From an uncultured archaeon (lineage in GTDB: Archaea; Nanobdellota; Nanobdellia; Pacearchaeales; GW2011-AR1), in NCBI GenBank assembly GCA_903828655.1, contig CAIKMX010000023.1, positions 1-50,617 of the forward strand: DNA of 50,617 nucleotides, given 5' to 3'. The notes beneath the pieces are model-generated. The model was not told the DNA's origin. It was given only the letters and a program-made list of their open reading frames with translations, and did no database searches. Positions within the stretch are counted from its first letter, which is position 1. Every line of letters begins with the position of its first letter. This document shows positions 25,851 through 33,181 of the stretch, piece after piece. Made by a program: the position numbers and the translations under genes.

Positions 25851-27050
25851 TTACACCGCCAGCGGTTTCTCTAAATATTCTATTTCCTCGTCAGAGATTT
25901 TAAGCCTTTTACGAATATCATCGCCCTTCAAAAGAATTCTAATCATAAGCCAGTCTTTCATTGCTTGTTTTGTTGAAATATGTGTATGCTTTGCAAACTT
26001 CTCACATATAGTTTTCTTTTTTTTCGCGCGTTGATTCTGCAACCAGATTTTTAAAATTCTCGTTGGTTTCTTATAAGAGGTCCATCCCGCACGATTATAT
26101 TTTTTAACCCCCGCAATTCCCCCACTTAAAAAAAAGTTTTCATAAACCAAAAACCTCCAGTGTCTCTGCCTCATAATCCTCCCACGGAAAACATCTGCCT
26201 TACTTAATGCCTCAAAAGCCTTAAACAGCTCCTCTCCTTTATACTCCGTAGGAATATTTTCCTCAACCCATAAAAATATTTCATCGATAGGCATATTCAC
26301 CTCATCATATATTTTAGTCATCTTATCATCAATCTTTGAATTCTTGAATACATACTGCAATGCAGCAAAGATACTTTGTTCTTTATTTCTCTCTCCAATC
26401 TCCCTTATAAGCTGCGGAGAGTCCATTTTAGAAAGTATCTGCAAGTCATTTAACGCTGCCCTTATATCTCCCCTAGCCTTTATCGCAATACTTGTTAGTA
26501 TATCTCTAGAAACAACAATATTCTCTTTTCTGCAGATATCATCCATCAAGGTTAAAACAACCTTATAATCCACATCTTTCAATTGAACCATCTCCGCCTT
26601 TTGTCTAAGCAATCCAAACTTCTGCTGCCATATATCGTTTGCAGTGATAATAACCGGAAAAGCAGTCTTCTCAATTACAACTAACAATTCTCCCAATCCT
26701 CCTCGGTCAGAACCAGAAATCCCATCGACTTCATCAACGAGAATTATTTTGTTCTTTCTAAATAAACTTCTTTGTTGCGAAGCAGGCCCAATTATTTCAG
26801 CAATCTTTTGCTTATCTCTTAAGTCAGATGCATTCAATTCCAATATCTCCGCATCCATCTCAAATGCAATTGCATAAGCAAGTGAAGTTTTACCCGTTCC
26901 CGGCCCACCATAAAGAATTACAGACTTCTTCTTTGGAAAACTTCTCAAGAATAGTTTAACCTTGTCTATCGCAAGCTCCTGTCCTTTCACGTCAGCAAAA
27001 CAGCTCGCCCTATGTTTCTCACACCAAGGCATGTTTTCTTGATTTATCAT
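25851..27050 (-). CDS. rfcL: Replication factor C large subunit
   Basis: MPWCEKHR..F.DV.GQ, Walker A GGPGTGKTS, and DEVD. 399 aa. Confidence 0.88.
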   Translation of the reverse strand: MINQENMPWCEKHRASCFADVKGQELAIDKVKLFLRSFPKKKSVILYGGPGTGKTSLAYAIAFEMDAEILELNASDLRDKQKIAEIIGPASQQRSLFRKNKIILVDEVDGISGSDRGGLGELLVVIEKTAFPVIITANDIWQQKFGLLRQKAEMVQLKDVDYKVVLTLMDDICRKENIVVSRDILTSIAIKARGDIRAALNDLQILSKMDSPQLIREIGERNKEQSIFAALQYVFKNSKIDDKMTKIYDEVNMPIDEIFLWVEENIPTEYKGEELFKAFEALSKADVFRGRIMRQRHWRFLVYENFFLSGGIAGVKKYNRAGWTSYKKPTRILKIWLQNQRAKKKKTICEKFAKHTHISTKQAMKDWLMIRILLKGDDIRKRLKISDEEIEYLEKPLAV

Positions 27051-27409
27051 CTTCGTTCATCTCCATCCACACCAACACGAGCATAGCTTTCAAACTGAAT
27101 CGTTGGATCTTTAGGATCAAAAACTTCTACAACTTCATAAAACCCAAAAGTAGTGGGCTTTCCCTTGAATAATTGGTGAGTATATTCACAAATTACAATA
27201 CTTGCCAAAGGTCTGGATAATCTTTGCCTACCTTTTGTTTCTAAAAGAGGAACCTCTCCCTCTAACCAATAATTTCTTTGTCCAGATTTCATAAACTCAT
27301 AACTCCTTCCTTTTTCTAATTTTTCTGGAAGACACTCATTATCCATACGACCACGAGTTCCAAAAACTCTTAAGGCTAAATCAGGATTAAACTCTACAGA
27401 AATTCCCAT
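27047..27409 (-). CDS. Hypothetical 120-aa protein embedded between rfcS and rfcL
   Basis: Starts 2 nt after the rfcS stop and its stop overlaps the rfcL ATG (ATGA). I recognise no motif. Confidence 0.5.
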   Translation of the reverse strand: MGISVEFNPDLALRVFGTRGRMDNECLPEKLEKGRSYEFMKSGQRNYWLEGEVPLLETKGRQRLSRPLASIVICEYTHQLFKGKPTTFGFYEVVEVFDPKDPTIQFESYARVGVDGDERR

Positions 27410-27411
27410 CC

Positions 27412-28407
27412 CTACACACCTCCAAGAGTTGTAGACTTTCCTTCCCCCGCCAAAACAAAACTAGCTAATAAAGATTCTAATTGTATAAATTCATCACTTC
27501 CTTCAACTAATCTAAACTCAATCTCTCCTGTCTTCTCTGTTAAACGCACTTTCAAAGAATTATCAATTGGTAACGTCCATATCTCTTTTTGTATAGCTTT
27601 TATAACATCTTGCCCTGAAATAGACTCTTTCAGCATTATATCTAACAACTTGCCTCTAGCCCCATTAAAGTCTCCTGCAAGAGCATAATCTAAAACAATC
27701 TTTATATCACTCGGCTTTGCCCTCGCTACAATCGTATTAATCAAATCAGGAGTTATATTCGGAGATATTGATGAAGTTGCCTGTAATAGGTTTATAACCC
27801 TTCTACAATCGCCCTCCGAGGACTCGTGCAATACATCAAACGCCTCCGGCGTTATAGTTAAACCCTCATTTCTAGCAATTAAATCAATTCTTCTCTTAAT
27901 ATCTTTCTTTTCCAAAAGCTGAAATCTAAAAACTACACATCTAGATTGAATCGGATCTAAAATCTTAGAAGAATAGTTACAGGACAAAATAAATCTACAT
28001 GTAGAAGTATAATTCTCCATAGTTCTTCTTAATGCCTGTTGTGCCTCTCTCGTAAGAGCATCTGCCTCATCTAAGAATATAACTTTGAAAGGAACATTCC
28101 CTATAGCCTTAGTTCTAGCGAAGTCTTTAACTTTTTGTCTTACAACATCAATTCCTCTCTCATCAGAAGCATTCAATTCCAAGTAGTTTTCTCTCCAAGA
28201 CTCTCCAAAAAGCTGATGAACAACAATTAAAGCAAGAGTAGACTTCCCCGTTCCAGCAGGTCCAGCAAACAATAAATGGGGGATATTATTTGAATTAGTA
28301 AGAGCTTTCACTCTCTTAAGAACTTCCTCTTGCCCAACCATATCTTCAAATTTCTTAGGCCTATACCTCTCGGTCCACACCTCAGAATTAAACTCACCAT
28401 CTGCCAT
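27412..28407 (-). CDS. rfcS: Replication factor C small subunit
   Basis: WTERYRPKKFEDMVGQ, GPAGTGKST, DEAD and SRC motifs. 331 aa with no intein. Confidence 0.92.
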   Translation of the reverse strand: MADGEFNSEVWTERYRPKKFEDMVGQEEVLKRVKALTNSNNIPHLLFAGPAGTGKSTLALIVVHQLFGESWRENYLELNASDERGIDVVRQKVKDFARTKAIGNVPFKVIFLDEADALTREAQQALRRTMENYTSTCRFILSCNYSSKILDPIQSRCVVFRFQLLEKKDIKRRIDLIARNEGLTITPEAFDVLHESSEGDCRRVINLLQATSSISPNITPDLINTIVARAKPSDIKIVLDYALAGDFNGARGKLLDIMLKESISGQDVIKAIQKEIWTLPIDNSLKVRLTEKTGEIEFRLVEGSDEFIQLESLLASFVLAGEGKSTTLGGV

Positions 28408-28478
28408 ATAGGGGTATCATAAATTTGGTTTATAAGGATTTATGTTGTAAAATATACATAACCATAAACTACAAGTTC

Positions 28479-28970
28479 TCAACCACCTAAAGCTGAAACT
28501 AAGTTTCTAAAGAATCCTTTTTTCTTAGGTGGCCTCATGGGGGGTTTTCTACCCAGCATTTCCCTCGCAACCCTGTCCAATGCACTCTCTTCTCTAATCT
28601 CTCTCTTATGATCATCATATTCACAAATAATTCTGTCAAAAGACTCTCTAACTAATCGCTTGTATTTTCCAAAGCAAAAAAACTCCGCCTCAATCAAAAC
28701 CTGCATCGCCTCGGCCCAATCTTTTCTTGCTTCTTCAGAAACATAAGGACTATTTGAGTTAAACATCGCAGAAAAATAATGACTTCCCAAACAAATTTCT
28801 TCTTGATCCTCTATAGAAATCTCCCCGCACCCAGATTTATTTCTAACCCTCTCAATACTCTCCGCTAATTTTGCATAAGCTTCCCAGGTAGGATGATCAT
28901 AAAAAGAACCTTCAAATCTAAATCTACTCTTTATTCTATCCAAATCTGAACCCATAAAAATACTAATCAA
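28479..28970 (-). CDS. Hypothetical protein
   Basis: 163-aa ORF with no recognisable motif. Confidence 0.4.
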   Translation of the reverse strand: MISIFMGSDLDRIKSRFRFEGSFYDHPTWEAYAKLAESIERVRNKSGCGEISIEDQEEICLGSHYFSAMFNSNSPYVSEEARKDWAEAMQVLIEAEFFCFGKYKRLVRESFDRIICEYDDHKREIREESALDRVAREMLGRKPPMRPPKKKGFFRNLVSALGG

Positions 28971-29013
28971 AGCTCCTTTATAAAAATTTAGATTATATTT
29001 TTCTACTACAGAA

Positions 29014-29124
29014 CTATCTACTTCTCTTAAGTTTTCTTTTCCTTTTTTCTTTCTTTAATCTTTTACGTTGCCACTTCCATCTCATTTGGCCTTTCTTCTT
29101 CCAACGTCTAGAACTTCTTTTCAT
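29014..29124 (-). CDS. rpl41e: Probable ribosomal protein L41e (eL41), 36 aa, not in the ORF track
   Basis: My own translation is MKRSSRRWKKKGQMRWKWQRKRLKKEKRKRKLKRSR*. The RRWKKKG.MRWKW.RKR pattern matches archaeal L41e as I remember it. TTTTATA (minus sense of 29149..29155) lies about 25 nt upstream. Confidence 0.55.
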   Translation of the reverse strand: MKRSSRRWKKKGQMRWKWQRKRLKKEKRKRKLKRSR

Positions 29125-29148
29125 AGTTATTCAATTCAAAAATTGGTT

Positions 29149-29219
29149 TATAAAACTTCCGATGAAGGTTTATATAAGACGTTTTTGAACGTCGCCATAT
29201 AAAACTTCCGATGAAGGTT
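29149..29219 (-). promoter_or_regulatory. Tandem duplication of a 22-nt promoter-like unit (minus sense AACCTTCATCGGAAGTTTTATA) flanking a small hairpin
   Basis: Perfect direct repeats at 29149..29170 and 29198..29219. The hairpin GACGTT-TTTG-AACGTC lies at 29178..29193. Confidence 0.55.
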
Positions 29220-29227
29220 ATCTAAAG

Positions 29228-29506
29228 CTATCTTCCACTCGCAGAACGGTCCTTATGCATAAGTTTTGAAGGTTTATAGATCAAATCATAGATCCCTGCA
29301 GCTCTGTAGAATTCATCTAAATGCTCTTTAGAAGCATAAGGCAAACCAATGTTGCTCTGTACACCCCGACCCTCAAGAACTCTTTGACCACATCCACAAC
29401 TGCAAGTTGCAATCTCTCCACGAATAAAAGGCATATTGAAACCGTCCACAGAACAAGCCAAATCTTCCCTAGTTATTTCGGTTTTTTCATTAATATTTGT
29501 AGGCAT
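29228..29506 (-). CDS. Hypothetical Cys-containing protein
   Basis: 92-aa ORF containing CSCGCG. Not otherwise recognisable. Confidence 0.4.
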   Translation of the reverse strand: MPTNINEKTEITREDLACSVDGFNMPFIRGEIATCSCGCGQRVLEGRGVQSNIGLPYASKEHLDEFYRAAGIYDLIYKPSKLMHKDRSASGR

Positions 29507-29589
29507 AAATGGAGCCTCTCATTAAAAACAAAAAATCCTTTTTAAGCATTTAGATTATCCAGGATATAGTTCAATATACAAAAAGGTAA

Positions 29590-29697
29590 ATAGCCCCGCC
29601 AGGATTCGAACCTGGGTCACCGGCTTCAGAGGCCAGTATCCATAGTCTCCATTACACCTTTATTGGCTTCATGAATTTGACCGCTAGACTACAGGGC
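29590..29697 (-). tRNA. tRNA-Gln (anticodon CUG) with an about 35-nt intron at a non-canonical D-arm position
   Basis: Minus-strand read: AGCCCTG-TA-GTCT-AGCGGTCAA-[ATTCATGAAGCCAATAAAGGTGTAATGGAGACTAT]-GGAT-A-CTGGC-CTCTGAA-GCCGG-TGAC-CCAGG-TTCGAAT-CCTGG-CGGGGCT-A. The anticodon and T arms are canonical. The exact intron borders are uncertain. Confidence 0.7.
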
Positions 29698-29955
29698 TAG
29701 ACCTGCTTACGCAGATAAAACATCTCTAGTCTATGAAGATGCTTCAAACTAACGAACCTGACTAGTTTTAAAAATCTTGCTAATTCAAACTTTTTAGTAA
29801 TGTAACACCACCCTTAACATCTTGGCAACATTAACAAAGTAGTTTAGGCAAAATTGTGAGTGAATTTATGAGCGGAGATTTTGCTATTAAAATACTCATC
29901 TTTCAAAGTTTTTTATTTTAAAAAACTTTATAACTACAAAATTCATCAATTAATC

Positions 29956-30483
29956 ATGGTAACAGAAAAAATAGCTGCAAACCTTATTGGGGATAGGATA
30001 TTCTCAAACTCCAAAGAAGCTCAAAACCTTTTTGCAAGTCAAAGATTCGGAGAGCAAATTGGAGAGAAAATATTCTATTCAATGTCTGAAGCACTCTTCC
30101 TAGTTGAACAAGGAAAGATGCAAATAAACGATTTTAAGAACAAGAAAATATCTCAAAAGGATTTAATGACAAAACTTCAAAGGATAGATAAAAAATTTAA
30201 AACAAAATACATGGTTTTCAAAGATCTAAGAGAAAAGGGATACATTGTAAAAACCGCATTAAAGTTCGGAGCAGAGTTTCGTGTCTACGAGAAAGGAAAA
30301 TCAATAGGAAAAGATCACGCGAAGTGGATTTTATTTCCAGTCTCAGAAACCGAACAATTGACCTGGCATGATTTTTCCGCGAAAAATCGTGTAGCCCATA
30401 GCACAAAGAAAAACCTTCTAATCGCAATAGCCGATGACGAAGGCGACGTTTCTTACTATGAAGTCAAATGGATAAGGCCGTAA
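29956..30483 (+). CDS. endA: tRNA-splicing endonuclease
   Basis: C-terminal catalytic domain LKFGAEFRVYEKG....DHAKWILFPV....W.DF....RVAHSTKKNLLIAI.D..GDVSYYEVKWIRP. The start is placed at ATG 29956 because the track start at 29881 is TTG. Confidence 0.88.
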   Translation: MVTEKIAANLIGDRIFSNSKEAQNLFASQRFGEQIGEKIFYSMSEALFLVEQGKMQINDFKNKKISQKDLMTKLQRIDKKFKTKYMVFKDLREKGYIVKTALKFGAEFRVYEKGKSIGKDHAKWILFPVSETEQLTWHDFSAKNRVAHSTKKNLLIAIADDEGDVSYYEVKWIRP

Positions 30484-30547
30484 ATATGAATTTTTCATAA
30501 TCCCCCACAACATAAATATTTAAAATCTTAATATTCCCTCAAATTAG

Positions 30548-31561
30548 ATGATTGACGTACAAGAGGTAAAACAGAAAATACTAAAGCTTCTGGATGAAAA
30601 GGGGCCAAGTCTTCCAATGCATTTATCCAAAGATGTCCAGCTATCCACGATATTTACATCAGCAATTCTAGCAGAACTTATTCATGAAAAGAAGGTAAGT
30701 CTATCAAAACTAAGAATCGGCTCATCACACCTATACCTCCTTCCAGGTCAAGAAAAGAAACTAGAAGAATTCTCAGACAATCTTTCAGGAGTAGAAAAAG
30801 AAGCCTACATGATACTAAAAGAAAGAAGGGTTTTAGATGATGAAAAACAAACCCCTGCAATCCGTGTCGCCCTTAGAGCAATAAAAGATTTTGCCACACC
30901 ATTAAGATATCAAGAAAAGATAGTTTGGAAGTACACTTTCGCACCAACAGAAGAAATACAAGAAATCCTTAAGAACAGAAAACCTGCGCAACAAGAAATT
31001 CCCCGAGAAAAAATAACTCCCCCCACTAATGAACAATTACCTCAAGATCCTATTCCAGCAATAATTGAAAAACCCGCTATCGAAGAAAAAGCAGAAAAAG
31101 AGATTGAAAAAATAGTAGAAGTTATTGAGAAACCTTTGGAGAAAAAAATTGAGCAAATCTTCGAAAAGCCAATTGAAACAAAAATCCACATAGAAAAACT
31201 AACTCAAAGGAAAGGTGAACTTCAGGAAAACCTTGGTTTGCATAAGAAGGACAAAAAATCAATTAACTTCCTTGAAGAAATCCGCGCTTACTTATATGGG
31301 AAAAACATCGAAATGCTCAACACTTTAGACATAAAAAAGGACGAGATAACTGCAATAATAAGGCAAAAAGAACGAGAACACCTCCTTGTAGCATATAATA
31401 GAAAGAGGGTATCTGAAAAAGACATTCTAAAGGCATACAAAAAAGCCCAATCCCTTAACCTCCCATATTATATACTTTTCAAGGGTTCTACAACAAAAAA
31501 GATGCTTGACACGATTAATGCCTATAAACAACTACTTGAAATCGATAACCTGGAACCCTAG
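30548..31561 (+). CDS. Winged-helix-like protein with an IEKP-rich low-complexity linker (hypothetical)
   Basis: 337 aa. The N-terminal region (ILKLLDEKGPSLPMHLSKDV...SHLYLLPGQE) looks wH-like. The central linker is EKPAIEEKAEKEIEKIVEVIEKPLEKKIEQIFEKPIE. The function is not recognised. Confidence 0.6.
   Translation: MIDVQEVKQKILKLLDEKGPSLPMHLSKDVQLSTIFTSAILAELIHEKKVSLSKLRIGSSHLYLLPGQEKKLEEFSDNLSGVEKEAYMILKERRVLDDEKQTPAIRVALRAIKDFATPLRYQEKIVWKYTFAPTEEIQEILKNRKPAQQEIPREKITPPTNEQLPQDPIPAIIEKPAIEEKAEKEIEKIVEVIEKPLEKKIEQIFEKPIETKIHIEKLTQRKGELQENLGLHKKDKKSINFLEEIRAYLYGKNIEMLNTLDIKKDEITAIIRQKEREHLLVAYNRKRVSEKDILKAYKKAQSLNLPYYILFKGSTTKKMLDTINAYKQLLEIDNLEP
31208..31246 (+). repeat. Repeat module F copy lying in frame inside CDS 30548..31561
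   Basis: AGGAAAGGTGAACTTCAGGAAAACCTTGGTTTGCATAAG aligns with the intergenic F copies and is translated as RKGELQENLGLHK. Confidence 0.7.
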
Positions 31562-31576
31562 AACATACTGCTAATT

Positions 31577-31749
31577 TTAGGTAACAACACAATCCGTTAA
31601 CATACTTGGCAATATAATTTTAAAGACTTAGCAATTCAGCATATTAAGCATATCATATACAAATAAAACATTGCCAAGCCATCAAACCACAACACATTAC
31701 CTAATCGTCCGTAAAGCGAGGCATCTTGACAAAGTCAGATGCCGAGCAG
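31577..31749 (+). repeat. Composite repeat D - spacer - B - C
   Basis: TAGGTAACAACACAATCCGTTAACATACTTGGCAAT..TTTTAAAGACTTAGCAAT; AACATTGCCAAGCC..ACATTACC; AGCGAG-GCATCT-T-GAC-AAA-GTC-AGATGC-CGAGCAG. Confidence 0.8.
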
Positions 31750-31801
31750 CAAAACCAATAACAATAATCTTTAAAAACCATCATTCTTAACCTATCTTAA
31801 G

Positions 31802-32005
31802 ATGGGACGTATTAAAATAATGCTTGCAAAGAGAACCTCAAGAAGACTCATAGAGAAATCTTCAGATTCATTTGCAAAGACTTTTGACCAGAACAAGAAG
31901 GTACTTGGAAGTACGATGCCCAGCAAGAGAATGAGGAATATTATCGCAGGATATATAACTCGACTCAAAAGAAACGCAAAGACAATAATCAGTGACACTC
32001 AATAA
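31802..32005 (+). CDS. rps17e: 30S ribosomal protein S17e
   Basis: MGRIK....KR..R.LIEK......F..NK........PSKRMRN.IAGYITRL. 67 aa. Confidence 0.85.
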   Translation: MGRIKIMLAKRTSRRLIEKSSDSFAKTFDQNKKVLGSTMPSKRMRNIIAGYITRLKRNAKTIISDTQ

Positions 32006-32026
32006 CTAAATTAAAACAGAGGACAA

Positions 32027-32353
32027 ATGACAACAGAGACTAATATAAGTGAAAAATCTAAATCGTCAAACAAGATGGATGATGGAATTGTTTTCATAGG
32101 CGCAAAGCCTTTTATGAACTATGTTACGGGAGTAGTTGTTCAATTTAACAACAATATTGCCAAAGAAGTAACTATCAAAGCAAGAGGAAAATTCATCTCC
32201 AAGGCTGTAGACGTAGCAGAAGTAGTAAGAAGAAAGTTCCTAAAAGAACAAGGCGTTTCTATTGGTAAAATCAAGATAGAAAGTGAAGAGTTCGAAAATA
32301 AAGAAGGAAAGCAAGTTAACGTTTCCACAATTGAAATAACACTTAAGAAATGA
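32027..32353 (+). CDS. albA: Alba DNA/RNA-binding protein
   Basis: IVFIGAKPFMNYVTGVVVQFNN..AKEVTIKARGKFISKAVDVAEVVRRKF...VSTIEITL. The start may instead be the internal ATG at 32075. Confidence 0.85.
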   Translation: MTTETNISEKSKSSNKMDDGIVFIGAKPFMNYVTGVVVQFNNNIAKEVTIKARGKFISKAVDVAEVVRRKFLKEQGVSIGKIKIESEEFENKEGKQVNVSTIEITLKK

Positions 32354-32365
32354 TTGCTTCTAGAA

Positions 32366-32533
32366 AATCCGTTAATTGAATAAAATTGCCCACAACAGTG
32401 TAAAAAAGTTGTGCAGTTACCAAAAAAGCCGTAAAGCGAGAAACTGCGGCGAAGCCCAGTTTCGAGCATAGTTTAGTAACATCTCAATCCGTTGACAGTA
32501 TTGTCCATTTAATTTTAAGACTTAGCAACTTAA
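32366..32533 (+). repeat. Composite repeat B-like - C (32435..32468) - D (32471..32533), ending at the stop codon of 32534..32848
   Basis: GTTACCAAAAAA; AGCGAG-AAACTG-C-GGC-GAA-GCC-CAGTTT-CGAGCA; GTTTAGTAACATCTCAATCCGTTGACAGTATTGTCCATTTAATTTTAAGACTTAGCAACTTAATT. Confidence 0.85.
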
Positions 32534-32848
32534 TTACTTCTTCTTATCCTTACTTAATTTATCAGAAGATCTTTTTCCGAGAAGCCTATCCAGCTTATCA
32601 TCAATTTCATCTAATCTTTGCTCAATATTCTTCAAGCGATTTCTATCTTTAATAGACACTATACCTCTCCAGATTCTATAAATCACATAAATTAAAACAA
32701 TAACCCCTACAGTCTTAAACACGGTAGTAAACGGCTTAAGCTGATCAAGTAAATATGACCACGCCTGCCCCGTCAAATCCTTACTAACGCTCGCAGTTGC
32801 TTCAACAGTTTTGTTCGCAATTTCCTGCAAAGACTCATTTATCACCAT
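32534..32848 (-). CDS. Small membrane protein with a C-terminal charged helix (hypothetical)
   Basis: 104 aa with one clear TM segment (FTTVFKTVGVIVLIYVIYRIW). Confidence 0.5.
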   Translation of the reverse strand: MVINESLQEIANKTVEATASVSKDLTGQAWSYLLDQLKPFTTVFKTVGVIVLIYVIYRIWRGIVSIKDRNRLKNIEQRLDEIDDKLDRLLGKRSSDKLSKDKKK

Positions 32849-32911
32849 TAAAGCACAAGGAACTTGTGCTTTTTAATTGTTTTCACATGCATGCTATCAC
32901 CTAGACAAAGA

Positions 32912-33058
32912 GACTTAGCCAAAAACATTAAAACCCCTCACATTCGAAAAAAGTCTGGGAAGCGAAGCGCCGTGACGAAGTCCGGCGCGGAGCGGTAGTA
33001 AGTAATACCCCCCTGCTTTCACATCATTGGCAACTTAAATTAAAGGTATTGGCAACAC
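32912..33058 (+). repeat. Composite repeat B - C (32961..32995) - D
   Basis: GACTTAGCCAAAAACATTAAAACCCCTCACATTCGAAAAAA; AGCGAA-GCGCCG-T-GAC-GAA-GTC-CGGCGC-GGAGCGG; ..CATCATTGGCAACTTAAATTAAAGGTATTGGCAAC. Confidence 0.8.
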
Positions 33059-33109
33059 ATCACCAGCTTTTCAATAAACTTTTAAACCGACTAAAATAAG
33101 AAATATGAA

Positions 33110-33181
33110 GGCTGCATAGCTCAGTGGTAGAGCGCCTGTCTCATAAGCAGGAGGTCCCGAGCTCAATTCTCGGTGCAGCCA
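33110..33181 (+). tRNA. tRNA-Met (anticodon CAU; elongator or Ile2-type), with atypical T-loop CTCAATT
   Basis: GGCTGCA-TA-GCTC-AGTGGTA-GAGC-G-CCTGT-CTCATAA-GCAGG-AGGTC-CCGAG-CTCAATT-CTCGG-TGCAGCC-A. Confidence 0.85.
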
